Source: the human T2T-CHM13v2.0 reference genome, Homo sapiens. Taken from it: a stretch of 64,000 bases of DNA. Positions 39,791 to 54,590 of the stretch are shown here, piece by piece (within the stretch, counting starts at the first letter, position 1; each line of letters starts with the position of its first letter). The translations under genes and the position numbers were made by a program. The notes below the pieces were generated by a model. That model searched no databases, was not told where the DNA came from, and saw nothing but the letters and a program-made list of their open reading frames with translations. The stretch is taken from NCBI RefSeq assembly GCF_009914755.1, contig NC_060928.1, one strand, 5' to 3'.

Positions 39791-40859
39791 TAATGCATTC
39801 ATTGAGAACGATTTTTTCACAAACTATAACCGGGTAACAACTGGGATCCTCCTGCCTCTTAAAATCAATACAAGACATGTACATTCCCAGTCCATTGATT
39901 GAGAAAGTCAACACTTCCCCAAAATTTGAATTGACTGTAAAGCTAGGAGTGGATCTCATGGTCATCTTCATCTCCCTGATTATTTAAATAATTCAGCACA
40001 GAAACCGTTTCATCATTTCTTTCAAAAAGTTTCCGTTTATACAACATACACCAAGTAGACCTTAGTTGTTTTCCTATATTTCCATCAATTTTTTGGTGCA
40101 AAATATCTTATGCAAAATATTTTACTAAAGACAGAAAATTTATGCCATAGAAACATAAACCACGTAAAATAAAAAGTTTTTCAAAAAAAAAGTCGTTATC
40201 TTTTTTTTTCTAGATTCAGATCTAGTCATGTTGTTCTTCTTTCAAATCCTATTGCAAAGTACTTTGTGCTATTTTCTCTGTTAAATCTTATACACTTCAG
40301 GTTTTGGCTCTCTTCACCCTACACTGTGGCTTATGAAGAGTTTTCTTTAAATAAAATATTTCTTTCTCTAATGGTAGCTACTAATATAATTCATTTGTCA
40401 CCTTTCTATATAAACTTTGACTATTTGATACATCCCCTCCTATAATCTATGTAAGAAAATAGTCTCCCTTCCCCATTCTTCCCAATTTCTTAATAAGAAA
40501 TTAGGACAAATACTTTATAGCCATACATCAAACTAGATAATTATTAAATTCTAATAGCCCTATGAGCACAATTCTCATGAGACAGTGAATAAAAAATGGA
40601 ATGTTCAACTCTAAGCCTTGTATTAAATTGATATCCTATTGTTCTAGCTTCACATACAAAAAAACCACCCATATTAATCCACATTATAAAATTACACAGC
40701 ATTTAATTTATAAAGAAATTCACAACTAATTCACAGAAAAAGAGGAAATTTTGTTGACTGTTAATAGGTGCCAAGTAGTTTCCTGGCATTATCTAAGTCA
40801 ATCAACCTAATGAATAAAAATTACCAGCTAGCTTTTGATATGAATGGCCCTACAGTACT

Positions 40860-41180
40860 TGTATTTTCTCATTTACTTTTTGGTAAACCCATAAGGTAGG
40901 TAGTATTTCCATCATATGGATAAAAATGCAAGCCATGGAAAGGTTAAATAATTTTCCTAGTGGCAAACAAGTGATGAAGCTAAGATTCAGATCCAAGGAT
41001 GCGTGACCCAGACATAAGTCTTCTATCTTGTAGGCTATAATACTATAAGATTAAGTTGCAGATAAGCAAACTGAAATTCTAAGAATTCAAACAACTTTCT
41101 TAGAGTCCCACTACTAACAGGCCAGAGGCTAGCTTTCCAAGCTCAGTTCGTACAGCATACCAGTTTATGCACTTTCAACT
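40860..41180 (-). mobile_element. MIR fragments
   Basis: 'aacccataaggtaggtagtatttcc', 'cagataagcaaactgaa'. Confidence 0.55.
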
Positions 41181-42879
41181 ACCTCTAAGATTTGCAGGAC
41201 TTAAGCAACTTGAAACACCAGACAGACAAAAATTTTACTGAAAGATAATCATATGAAGCCATTTTTCTCCTTCACAGTATTTTACTCTAAGATATCCAAA
41301 ATAAACATAATATATAAAATACTATTTCAGAGAAGCATAATTTTATAGGAAAAGTGAGAACTTTGTACTGAAAAAGACTTGAATAATAGAGTATTTCTGC
41401 AAGAACACACAAGAAAATGAAGACATTTTGACTCCAAGGAAATGAAAGTGTCGCTGAGAGTCTATAGTGAAATAAGACTTATTTTTTTTAATAAATATAC
41501 TGTATAGCTTTAGCATTTTCTATAACAGATTTAATCCATTAACTACTGAAAAAAATAATTTTAAAAGATATATTTAATATAAAGTACCTAACATTGTAGA
41601 TGGTACAGAGTAAGCACTTAACACGTGGCTTTTTCTGTTTTTATTCAAAGATGAGGAATACCTTCAATATCAACAGGATACAAAATTTCTGAGAAATAAT
41701 TGCTTTAGAGCAAAGTAGTAGCCTCATCCCTCAGATGCTGCTGGTCGGGAAAAGTATGGCTTCCAGTAGTTTTCTTCCCATAGTTTAAAAAAGAGGAAGT
41801 TTCTTAGAGATAGAGTTAAGAGTATAAAAGATGGACTGGATTTTTATTTAAGATATCACACTAAACTTGACTTGGCTTAACAGAACTAGCTTACAAAATT
41901 CATAGAACAAGAAAGGTTTTAATTGCAGGCAAATTAAATTTGGAACTTCAAGTTTTAAGATGTATATTTAGTCTATAAAATTTGCACCTTCTATAAAAAC
42001 ACTAAAAACTCAAATAAAACATAACTTTAGATTACAAATAAAGATGCAGGTTTAGTATATCCAATTATCACTAGACTTTTCACACGCACAAAATGAAAAA
42101 TTGCTGTAATTGTCAGGATATTTATATGAGACATTTGCTGGGTTGTTTGGTTCTTAGAAAAGATCTGCTCCAATCTGGTAGGGAAGAATGGTGAAGGTAG
42201 AAAAGAAAGGCAAGTGCAACAGAGTATAGGATAAAAGTTGGTTCATTAAGAAGAAAAATTACTGCTTCTACTACACTAAGTTGGCTTAAAGGTATTTTCA
42301 GAAAGAAAACAGAAAAGATAAAGATTATAGTACTTTAAAAAAAATTCAAGGAAACTACATGTCAATAAAGTCCTTGACAGAAAAAGAAAGAACAATGAAG
42401 AGTTTAATATAACTTATTAGCTATAGAGCATGCTGCCACTCTAATTATGAAATAACCAATACATGTTAATTCCTAAAGCAGCAATCTTTACACAGACCTG
42501 GCAGTATCTAGTGTTTTTGTTTATTCAACAGATATTTATTGAATATTTTCTAAGTACAAGGTATTATGCTGAAGTGCTGTGAGGAATACAACATACCATA
42601 TCCAGTACCCGACACCAATCACAGACAAGACAATAGGACACCGTTTTTCACTGAAATGCAACTTAAAACCTGGGGAGACAGATAAGATAAAAAAGACAAT
42701 ATTTTAAAAACATCTTATGAATACAATAAATACCATTCAATAGATGCTCAAAAGAAGGTTGTGGCTAGAGGAACAGAATAAGCTTAATGAAGGACAGGCT
42801 ATAAGGCACGGTATCAATCTGACGATGGCCTTCATCAACTCTCCCTTCTTGTGACATGATGAAAAAATCTTGGTTTTCA

Positions 42880-43010
42880 GAGTAGGATCTGGTTTTGACC
42901 ACCACTGGCTGTGCAAGTTAGAATACATTTCTTATCCTCTGTGAACCAGTTTTCTAATCTGTAAAGTGGGCTTTAGGGATATAACCTTCCTCTGATCTCG
43001 ACCATTCCTT
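42880..43010 (+). mobile_element. MIR fragment
   Basis: 'ccactggctgtg...cctctgtgaaccagttttctaatctgtaaagtggg'. Confidence 0.6.
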
Positions 43011-43319
43011 AATCCTTAGCAGTCTCGTTTCATCCCACTCTTGGTCACTGGAATTAGCGCTACAGCAATCGCCTCCTAATTGTCGCTTTTTGATTATCAA
43101 ATTAAACAAAGACATTTTATCTATTCTTTTATCATTCTGCTGCCTTTGACCTCCTTGATTAATCATACCCGAAAACTACTTCCTCCCAAATCTTTCTGGC
43201 ACTACACTATTACTTTCCTTTGTAGAAGTATTTTTTGCACTATAGGTCAGTACTCACTAGTGAATTCAATTAGCAGATCACCACCAAGAATTTGGGAGGT
43301 TTTGTTTGTTTTACTTTGT

Positions 43320-43440
43320 TTTCAATTTTAAAACTTCATTTTTTAAGAAAAGTTTTAGTTTCATCGCAAAAAAAAAAAGCAGAAGATATACAGATTTCCA
43401 AAATTCCTCCATCCCCACACATGTATAGCCTCCTCTATTA
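43320..43440 (-). mobile_element. L1MC-like 3' end fragment
   Basis: 'gttttagtttcatcgcaaaa...tacagatttcc...ccccacacatgtatagcctcc'. Confidence 0.6.
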
Positions 43441-43534
43441 GAAATTTGTTTTTTAATAAAATAAAATAGAACAAACTTTAAAAAAATCAAATACATCATA
43501 CAGTAAGCATTTTTTGGTGACATATTTGTTTCAG

Positions 43535-43567
<33 letters not shown>

Positions 43568-43570
43568 TGT
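43535..43570. repeat. (GT)n microsatellite
   Basis: Directly visible. Confidence 0.9.
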
Positions 43571-44239
43571 ATGGGTTACTGTGCATGGTATGTGTGCCTG
43601 ATCAATGAGAAATATAAAATGTAAAAATAAAATGTATTTCTCATTGCAAGTCATGATGAAAATTTTGCAAGTCATGGTAATTAAGCTTCCCAGTTTAGTT
43701 TATTAATTCCTGCTCTTACATTTACCTCGTTGATACCGATCCTCTCCTTTTTTGATTACTTATAAGCCTCAATTATCTCTGCCAGCTCTCCCTGCAAAAT
43801 TTCACAATCAACTTTTCAGTGTTGCCCCCTGGATTTTTATACATACCTAAACTCATTATAAATTATTGATCATTTCAATAGAGTAACATGAAGAAAGTGA
43901 TATGTTAGCAAGTTTAAGTTGACAACAGTATGGAAAGATAGGTTTGAATAAGAGAGACCAGGGAAATCAGTTAGAAAGCTATTACTGTGATCCAGAACAA
44001 AGCACTTAGAGAGTAAATCAAAGTTAGAGGTAGTAAGGATGGTGAAAGAAATTAATTTAATAGCAATATTAGAAAGAAATATGTATTAAGGTCAAGGTGA
44101 TGGGTGACAAAGTTGATACTAAGTTTCATTAAAAGGAAGATTAGATTATTTCTTCAACATCTTTATTCTGAAAAAAAGCTATTTTAATAATTACCAATGT
44201 TAATAATATCATGCTTATTTTATTTTTAACTTGAACCAC

Positions 44240-44587
44240 TGTATTAGTCCATTTTCACACTGCTATAGAGAATTCCTGACACTGGGTAATTTATAAAGAA
44301 AATAAGTTTAGTTGACTCAGTTTCACATGGCTGAGGAGGCCTCAGGAAAGTTACAATCATGTCAGAAGGAGAAGCAGGCACGTGTTACATAGTGAGAGAG
44401 CGAAGAAAGAACTCGCCAAATACTTATAAAACCAACAGATCTCATGAGAACTTGCTCACTATCAATAGAACAGCATGGGGGAAACTGCTCCTATGATCTA
44501 ATCACCTCCTACTAGGTTCCTCCCTCAACACTGGGGATTACAATTCAAGATGAGATTTGGGTGGAGACACAAAGCCAAACCATATCA
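44240..44587 (-). mobile_element. THE1D-like solo LTR
   Basis: tgtattagtccatttt...agccaaaccatatca; near-TSD accac/accat. Confidence 0.9.
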
Positions 44588-45753
44588 ACCATTAAACGTA
44601 AGCAGTTAAAGGGCTATAACCTATCCAGAACTAAGTCCACACTATAACTTAGTTTAATATTTTGGTTTAATAAATATTATATATATATATTTAGGTTCAA
44701 CTTTCTACAGGGTTGATTTAAAAATACATATTTAACAAAACCAACTCCTCTGAAATTTCAGTGCTGGCTGAACCCTTAGATATATACTTGCATCAAATCA
44801 AATATGTAAATATATAACCATAAGTATATAGTTTTTCCAATAGCTCTTCCCTCTTTAAAAATTGGGGCAAAGAAAGAGAAATTTAAAGATCAAACTATCA
44901 TTTGAATTTTTAAGTTTCACACTTATGTGTAAATATATATTTTCCCTAGTGGGATCCCCTTTACTTCACACTAAAATGTCTTTTGCTCTTTTCTCGAAAT
45001 GGCTTGACTTTAAGATTGTGTGTCAACAAATAAATTTGATACTGTCCTGTCAGACATTTAATTCCTCATTTTCTCCTCCTCTTTAAACTTCATAAAATGC
45101 CCTCTAACCATACTTTAACAGAGTGATGACAGTTTAATTAGATCAAGACCTCAGCAAAGAATAATCATGATGGTAGTGAAGACATTTATGGATTACAGTT
45201 TGAGCTTTTGCTACTATCCTTCAGTGAGTCCGGCAGCTGTATAAAATGACTACCTAAAACGTCAATGAGTGCTAATAAATTCAGGCTCTTACTTTCCCAC
45301 CAACAAATCAGCTGATGAGAGAATAGTCATCTATTAATGAACAGTATCACTGAAAGAGAATTGGACTTGAAATCAGAAGACCACTTTTTGGATCTGATTT
45401 TATCATTTGCTAATGATTTGGTCTTGGGGAAGGCACTTTAAACTCTATGAAGCTCATAATATTTTCCTTTGTAAAACAAAATTAATGTATTGTACAGTCT
45501 AAAAAGTACTGACACATAAAGAATCTAAATAATATTTCCTCGAGGTTTTTCTGGTGAAATATTAATTCTCTATGAAACACATGTAAAGTAAAGGAGACAG
45601 ATAGACCAACAGGTAAATTATGAGTTACACAAAGGAAGGTAAGGGAAAGAAGGTCTAGATCCAGAGAAGTTTGTCTGGAAATACCTTCTTGTGTTAAAGG
45701 TTAGGAGAATAGAGTCTGTCTAACAGCTCAAGGTATGAAAGGTCAATAAATAA

Positions 45754-46066
<313 letters not shown>

Positions 46067-48811
46067 AATAAGACAAGTTTTTTAATAAAAGAAGGAAAAA
46101 GAGGAATGGAGTTTATACACATTCTTCCATTGTAATAATGAGAAGCACCATGCAAAAGTGCAAAGCAATGCAGGTAATAATAATAATTAGTTTCACAAAT
46201 AAGCAGTGCTAGCTGTGGCATTGTTTCAATCTGAATATGTAAGACTATGAAAGCTTATTGGGAATCATCTAGCAAAAGCATAAGATTGTCAGTCAGAGAA
46301 TAGGTAGACAAAGTAGGTATGCTGTTGCTAAGTTTGTATCTGAGAAGAATGGAACTACAACAATGCTAATGGAATATAATAAAAGAGTTGTACGTATTGT
46401 ATTCATGGCTTGTTTTCTTCTATTCCAGGTATGTATTGAGAAATGCAGAGTGAGAATAAGCTGAAGCATAAAGCATCCTGTGCTCAAAAGATCTTGCAAA
46501 GCACAAAATAGCAAAAATCTGTTCAGGAAAGGGGTAAGTACAGGTTTGCATCAGTCTCTGAAAACTAATGGCATGAAGCTCATAATTCTTCCGAAGCACT
46601 AGATCTGGTCCAGAGGGAAAGATGCTTTCTGGTGGTGAGGTTCCCCAAGAGAATTTTTTTTCTTTTCCTGTATTTATGTAGTTAAATCAATTTTATTGCA
46701 CAAATGATTGGAGGTTACCAAGCTCTGGGGAATTCTTAAAGGAGATAATTCTACCAGTCTGTCTATGATTCAAAAACATAACTCTTCCTGTAGAACCAGA
46801 CTCCTTTTATTGGGCACAGTATTCTAGGAAATATAACTCAAAATTTCTTCGAATGACATTAAATGTTGAATAAGTTTCATCTAGAAACAAGCATAATGAC
46901 CAAGTAACATGACCAGTGGGCAAGAGGATAGAACTAGGACCAGAAAGAGAGATAAGTGAACACAACGGACATTCCCTTAGTGCCGAGTTCTTAAGTGGGC
47001 CCACTGTGTAAACAATAGTACCCAAAAAGGCCATGGTTTGTTTCGGCAGCCACCAAGGTCTGAGAAACTCTAAACAGTCAAGCCGGGGACACAGATCAAA
47101 GGTTCAATAAAGCAGGCAAGACTTGAATTCAAGTCTATTGTAGGGTTCTCATATCAGGCTATAAGGCTATGCAGAAGGTATTAAATGAGTAATAACTATA
47201 CAAGAACAAGATATACCTTCTTATGATAGAGCTATATCAAAAGTTAATCAAGTGTTATGGTTCATTTTAGTAGGCATTCAGGACAAGGCTTAAGTCCTGG
47301 AAGAAATTAGCGCTTAGCAATATGTGAAGGTAGAGTTGCACCAACTCAGGAGCCCTATGTTGAAGGTACAGACTAAGTAGACAAGTAGGTCCAAGAAATT
47401 CATTTTAGGCAGATCAGATCCTGAGTGAGTAGCATCAAAACCATTTCTAGATTATACCACATTTGTAGGGATCAAAATTCTAAATGTGTTCTTCGTGTTA
47501 ATCAACATGAATTTAGGAACAAAGCAAGCCTGCATCTTCACATAAAGATCAGGGACAACCATAGATGAGCAGAAATGGAAGATGCAGAAATTGCCAGCAG
47601 CCCACATATATAACAAACCATTTTTTCTTCTAGGCCCCCAAGAACTTTTACATCACATACACCTACATTCAGAGGCCCAGAAAGAGTGATAGAGTAAAAA
47701 ATAGAAAGTTCAAAATGTCAAAATATAGAAAGTTCTTTCTATATTTTCCCCCTAGAAATATTTTTAAATGAACTAGATTTAGCCATTGAGATTATGTACC
47801 AGGATATATGAAGATTATTCCTTATTTGGATGTCTTCAAGTTCTACTGTTTATGTCTCTCTTGTTAACAAACTAGTTTTTATTCAGAAATACTTATTATC
47901 AATAATTGGGACTTTCAGTAATAAATTCAAGACATTTGCATTAAACTAAGTAATACAGTTCTATCTTTAAAATGAAAATGAATTAAATTAAATATTTATA
48001 TTTCATAATTTAGAAAGGGAAATCATGGAAAAACATGATTTAACAGACTTGGGATCATCTCTGACCCTTGAAGACTTCAACACCAAAATTTTAAATGAGA
48101 TGGATTCCTTTGCAGTATGTAATTGTTAGCCCCTAAAGGGAAGTATCCATTGCTCATTGTGGTCATCTTTCTGGATTCTTCTTACTTTAATCTCATTTTT
48201 CCCAGTTTTTTATACCTGCTCTATTCTACATCTATTACATCATTTCTACCACTTAAACTTGGCTTTGGCATTTGGTATCTACATTTTGATTCTTGGCTAA
48301 CTATCAACAATTTTGACTAAGTTTCTCACTCCATTACTCCTCTCAATAGCTCTCTCAGATACTATCAATCATCCAGGATCTGAAATCTCAAATTAGACTC
48401 CTCACTATATCATCACCATTTCCCCAATATGCCCCTTTCCAGCAAAAGATGAGGGAGGAAGAAATCTACAGACAAAACATAACTCATAATACCAGAGATC
48501 ATCAAAGTTCACATATTTTCTTTATTATTAAAGAATGACAGATTTGGGGAAAAGAACAATTCAAAGATCTGTACTTGAAAAGTAAGACACTGCCCTACTT
48601 CCACATTACAGTCACAAGTTAACACTGTAAATAGATAGATGTTTATCTTTCTAGACATATTTTTGAAATTCGAGAATGAAAAAGTCAAGTAGGATTTAAA
48701 TTTTTTTAAAGTTTTGCATTTAAAGATTCATCTAAGATTCTATTTTACTGCATAGATTTTTGTGATTCACCTTCAGAAATTCTGATTCAGTAGATTTTGA
48801 GTATGATCTTA

Positions 48812-49172
48812 TGTCTTAGTCCATTTTGTGTTGCTATAACAGCCAGGAAAGAAAATTTGTTTCTCACAGTTCTGGAGGCTGGAAAGTGCAATATCAAGGT
48901 GACTACATCTTGCAAAGGCCATCATGCTGCACCATTCCATGGTGTAAAGCAGAAGGACATACCTGGGCAACAGAGACAGAGAAAGCTAAACTCATTTCTT
49001 AACAATGCACTCTTGAGGTAATAAACCCACTCCCATGACAATGACATTAATCCATTCATGAAGGCAGAGCCTTCATAGCCTAATCATCTCTTAACAGTCT
49101 TAGCTCTTAACATGGTCGCAAAGGCAGTTAAATCTCAACATGAGTTTTGGAGTGGACATTCAAACCAGAGTA
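48812..49172 (-). mobile_element. MST (C/D-like) solo LTR nested in a MER5 remnant
   Basis: 'tgtcttagtccattttgtgttgctataac...ggacattcaaacc'; MER5 motifs on both sides ('ttctgattcagtag', 'gtgattctgatg'). Confidence 0.8.
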
Positions 49173-50304
49173 CCTAGGGATCTACATTTCAAGCGTTACA
49201 AGTGATTCTGATGATGTCCTCTCTATGACCACATTTTATCAAGCATTAATTTAAAACTTCTTTTGATTTTATGTTTTGGTTAATATTTCTACAGATTTTC
49301 ATGCAGTTCAGTTACACCTATTTCCACCACTTCTCAAAACTGTATTCATTTTATGATTCTTTCATAATATATTATTTGTATAACAATCTCTAAACATTTA
49401 TGTTTCCCTTTAGAAAAACAGAAAATCACATTTTAATTGAGCTGTGAATTTGGATAGAATTCTACTAGAACTCATAGAAAAAGGTATTTCTCTGTTTTAT
49501 TTTCCTTTTAATTAGTTTAGAGTAACGAATTTCTCATTTATTCCTACATTTTATGGTTGAACTAATTTGATCTTATAATCTCAAGGCATTCATAAAGACA
49601 GAAAGATTAGGCAATGTAAAGACAACCAAATGTGCTATTTTCCCCTCTGATGAAATTTAAACTGGAGCTACTGAAGTTACTTGTAAACTACCAGTGATAA
49701 AAACAAAACTAAAAATGTATTTTATTGATGAGGAATAGACAAATAAGAAACACTCTGCTCTACTCCCTTGTAGGCCCCATTAACATTTTTAAAGCAATTA
49801 AAAAATAGTTCATTAAAGACTACAGGTGATTTGTAATGTTAGTTGGACATTGTTGTCATTGGGGTCAGTCAAGATAGATTTTCATTCAATTACCCACACA
49901 TCTTGCCTCCCCAAGGATACTTGAAAGAGTCATCGGCACCAACCTCCTCAGTGATTTTTAACTTCAAGTTCATTAGCTCAATGGCAGATTGATGCATTGC
50001 ACTTAAAATACGCTCAAATGTCATCTTTTTAAAAATCGACTAACACAGCCTTCCACTACAGAGTTAAATTCAATCATTCAATTTAGCTTTTGGTTCTTTA
50101 GAGAAATTACCTTCCTTTATCAAATTCAAGCTGCAAGGCTGCCATAAAAGGTGTTAATCATGTCATTTGCTACCATTAATGTAAGCTTTGTTTTTATCCA
50201 GTTCTCTGCTCAACTTCTTCCTGCATCAATTCTTTTCTAGCCAGAGTGTTCCACTGTATAATTACTTCCTAAGAGTAACTTATGTGCATTAGGAAGCATA
50301 TTAA

Positions 50305-50720
50305 ACAATCAATCAATAAATATTCATTGAATGTCTACCATATGCCTGAAAGAAGAAGACCTATGCCCTTTACTCAAAGAACTTATCTTATTGGCATAAC
50401 ATGATTTACACACATGAAATGATTAAATAGTCATAAAATAAAATAAACTGCTAAACTGTGTGATTCAAAGAACTATATGCTACAGAAGTTCAATGATAGG
50501 AAAGAGGTCAGAGGATTTAAGGTGGACTCTGAGGAATGAAGAGGGTTTTGATAGAAAAGGAAAAAAATGAAAACCATCAGAAAAAGACTGAAAATGGTGT
50601 GAACACAGAAGGTGGGCTCAGAAGCCAGAAGGAGGGTGGCCAATGTGAAGTCAAGGGAGCAGCCAGCCTGCCTGGACTGGAAGCTTCATGTTGGGAAACA
50701 GTAGGAGATAAGATAGAATG
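50305..50720 (-). mobile_element. L2 3' fragment
   Basis: 'caatcaatcaataaatattcattgaatgtctaccatatgcc'. Confidence 0.6.
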
Positions 50721-52009
50721 GATAAAACAAGAATAATGTTTATTAGACTGTCCTGCTGTAAAACAAAACAAAAGATCAAAGACTGTCTCTGATCTCTAAA
50801 AATTTACATTCCTTAGAGAAAGATAACATTCTAAGAAGAATATTTATCCTGTCTCTTCAAGGTTTTCACCTACAGACTTTTTCTATACCTAAATTTGATC
50901 CATTTTCTATAATCCCTTGATTTGTAGGCTAGACAAGAACCTAAATTCAACTTTGATTGCGAAAGTCTATCTCCCTTTACTTAATAGGTTCAGAAGTGAT
51001 AAAGGATATGACCCAATATAATCAAACATTGACTGGGCATTATTATAATATCCACACTGCTGTGAGGGCCCAGATTATATGTTGTTTTTAAATATAGAAT
51101 ACTTTCCTGAAATAATTATGAATTTGGAATTATAAGAGGGAGGAATTTAATTGAGAATATTTAATAACATCTTAAATGAATTTACCTTGCAAATCGTATA
51201 AATTTTTTTAAGTTTGGATTTGACCATCAATTCCTTCTTACCTAGAAAGTTGAAAATCTCTTCCCTCACCTTTTCACCAACCAATTCTGAAAGTGAGACT
51301 TGATTTATTGTTCATTGCTATTCTGCTCTTCTGTTTTTTTCCTTGATGCTATGGAGTGGGGGGTGGGAGGGTGTTGCAGAGACCCTTGGCAATGATGCAT
51401 AGTTTAGTTAATCGAGGCATTTCGGCTTTGTGACCTCCCTCAGAATCCCAGTCAACCCCATTTTCACTCTCCTTCACACTTTCTCTTGTATTTGTCTCAT
51501 TATGTATATATAAGTGTTTGGAAAAAGTGTTGGTTGCCAATTTAAACTATTTATTGTCTTCGCTGCTTCAGCTGCTGCTGGATTTCTGAATTCAATCTAC
51601 CAATAACTTCCACGCAGCACATGCTCACTGCAGTTTTAATTGCTCTTGCCAGTTGCCGAACTCTTTGTACACATTCGCAATTCATTGTGTTACGCCCTTA
51701 GTGCTGTTTCTGGCATCTGCCCTAACTGCTGGATTTTCATGTATGATGAGGTTCAGCAATTCTCTTTACAAACTTTCTGCCCAATGGGAGGTGCTATTAT
51801 TGTACTTGATTTGGAGAAATTGGCGATTGCCCCAGGAAATCAAACGAAATCCCTATCTTTTATATTTCCTCATTTTCTTACTCTTACTAAAATCAGAAGT
51901 TATTTCACCTAGAGGCTATGAGAGTAGCAGGAAAATTTTTGTTTATTTTAAACCCAAGTCTTTCCACTAACTGTGAGTGTAGAACCCAACCTCACAGAAT
52001 GAAGAACTA

Positions 52010-52230
52010 GCTAATAGTTAATGTTGCCTGAGCACCTAAATGTCAAATTGTGTGCTAAATATTTTACATGATTTATTTCAATTAATTTCCACAACAAGCT
52101 TATAAAATAAATACTATTGTTCTCCTTATTCAGATAATGAAATTGAAGTTTAAAAAGTTAAAGAAATCTTCCTAAGTTAACAAAACCAGGGATTTAAATG
52201 TAGGTAGATATTGATAGCAAAGAAACTCCT
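52010..52230 (-). mobile_element. MIR SINE
   Basis: 'tgagcacctaaatgtc...tgtgctaaatattttacatg...cagataatgaaattgaag'. Confidence 0.65.
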
Positions 52231-52409
52231 ATATGCCAGTTTCTTTACTTTTACGTTATATTGCCACTCAGACCATCAATAAAACAAAGAAAATAATCAA
52301 TTTAGGGTGAGACCAAAACCTCTTGTTTACGACCATTATTTTTTAGGTGATATGAAGCATTGTGAGAGCCCAGAAGGAGAAGAAAATGATGCACTTTACA
52401 TTATGCATA

Positions 52410-52878
52410 TGGATTATTAAAATAGGCACAACTATTGTTACAAATAGAACCAAGTTTAGCTCAAATATAAGAGAAGTTCATCACTTATTCACATAGTAGT
52501 CTAATGGGAAAAATTTAGGTCAGCAGGATGGTTCTTCCTCAATGCTATTATTCAGGAACCCAGACTAACAAGGCTTGGCCGTTCATAATATATGGCTTCC
52601 AATGTCTCTCTGGTCATCTTATACTATCACCATTCCAGCCCAAAGAAAAGTGAGAAACAGCATGGAGGGGCATGTCTAGAAGTTTGTACAGCCAGCCTTG
52701 GAAGTGGCACACATTACTTGTACTCACATACCATAAAAAGAGCACTGTCTCATGACTACACCTAAATGTGGTGCAGGTTGGGAAACAGTATAGCTGGCCA
52801 GCTGTAGGTCCAGCACTTCAATTACGGTGGATGAAAAAGACAATAGGTTGTGAGGGTCAGATAGTCCTCTCCACCACA
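52410..52878 (-). mobile_element. LTR33-like old LTR
   Basis: 'cattcaggaacccag'-like and 'ccttggaagtggcacacattactt' motifs; ends 'ctctccaccaca'. Confidence 0.55.
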
Positions 52879-52889
52879 GTTTATCTCTC

Positions 52890-53631
52890 TGAGGCAGATA
52901 AAACAGAGCCCCCAGCTAAACTGGAGTTCCAGTGCTACAGCAGCTGCTAGTGACCCTGCTCTAACAGGAAATGCAGGAGAGCTGGACACAGGTGTTTACA
53001 GTGTGCCTTGCGCAAGATTCTTCTTTTGCCTGTCAGATGGCCTAATGCCTACTTGCCCAACCCACAAGTAGGGATCCCTCACACAAGAAACTTGTTTAGA
53101 CTGGAAGGTGCTCTTGTGGCTCATGTCTGACCCATGTCCACTTTATGCCTGCCTGACCATTGCTCTGGCCCTGAAAGCGCAACCCTACGTTGCCCTCTGT
53201 GTCCTTGGGAAAACCCTGCCTGGGGCAGCCCCTCGTTCTTCAGATGGAAGGCACAAATTCAATATACCACCACAACAGGAAGCAAGTTCAAAGATTTTTA
53301 CTTGCAGATCCTGGGCAGAGAGAGTGTGATGAGTCAGGAGGGCAGTCTTCCTTCATCCCCAGGTCACATGAGGCCGGAAGGAAAAGTCAGACACACATAC
53401 ACAGAGAGAAAGGCCATGTCAATCCACAGTCTATATAAGTGAATAGGGCATGGGGTATTTAAATTTCACAGGCAAATGCCTGGATAGTCCATGTAAAGGA
53501 AGCAGGCCTCCCTGCTAGGTTAGAGCAATGCCTCTAAGTTCTCATCCCTGGCCACCTGCTTGAGCCATTTGGGTGTGGAATTCTCCTTTTAATGTCTAGG
53601 CAGCAACCTTTGCTGTGTCCTTCCCTTCACA
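52890..53631 (-). mobile_element. ERVL-type LTR (MER54-like)
   Basis: GC-richer block with TG...CA ends; reverse strand starts 'tgtgaagggaaggacacagcaaaggttgctgcctagaca'. Confidence 0.6.
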
Positions 53632-53849
53632 GACTTACTCTCTCCCAAGGACACAATTCAGTCTTATCCAGATGTGGTATCTAGTCCCAAGCCCAAGATC
53701 TCCACCAGGAGAAGTTTTTCTAGAGAGTTGGATATTTTTCTTCATGGAACAGAGACCTTTAACTAAAATTATCGACTCAAAGCCCCAGTCAATATACGTT
53801 AATAGAGTAGGATAGCCACAATAAAAATGTCGGTTGAAAAGGGGGAGAA

Positions 53850-54590
53850 TACACAGAGCCACAGAAACTCTCATTCATTGCTGGTGGGAATGCAAAATGG
53901 CACAGCCACTTTGGAAAACAGTTGGTAGTTTTTTAGAGAAGTAAGTATATACTTACTGCATGTTCCAGCAATCATGTTTTGTTATACTGTATGCTCACAA
54001 ATGAGTATTGCCAAGAGTGCATAGATCTGGAATCAATCAGATGCCCTTCAAAAGCCGAATGCATAAACAAACTGTGGTATATCCATACAATGCAACATTA
54101 TGCAGTGATAAAAATAAATGAACTATCAGGCCACAAAAAGACATGGAAAAAACCTTAAGTACAGACTGCTAAGTGAAATAAGTCCACTTGAAAAGTCTGC
54201 ATACTGTGTGATTACAATTATGTGACATTCTAGAAGCCAAAAGATCAGTGGTTGCCAGCAGAAAGGAGGAAGAGTGAGAGAGGAATGAATTGAAGGAGCA
54301 CAGGGTATACTTAGGGCAGTGAAATCATCTTAAATGATACTGTAATGGTGAGGACACATCATTATGCATTTGTCAAAACTCATAGAACATACAATAAAAA
54401 AGCTGGACCCTAATGAAAACTGGAGTTTAGTCAATAATAATGTATCAATATTGGCTCATCAATTGTAACAAACGCGCCACACTAGAAGAAGATATTAATA
54501 ATAGGTGAAACTGGTGAACAGGAGTTGACATGAGACAGTATATTGGAACTCTCTGTACTTTCTGCTCAATTTTTCTGTAAACCTAAATTT
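53850..54590 (+). mobile_element. L1MC-like 3' end
   Basis: 'aactctcattcattgctggtgggaatgcaaaatgg' through 'ggaactctctgtactttctgctcaatttttctgtaaacctaaa'. Confidence 0.85.

Noticed and set aside
51640-51970. Overlapping 90-aa and 105-aa ORFs
   Set aside because: Both start at non-ATG codons and show no recognisable protein similarity
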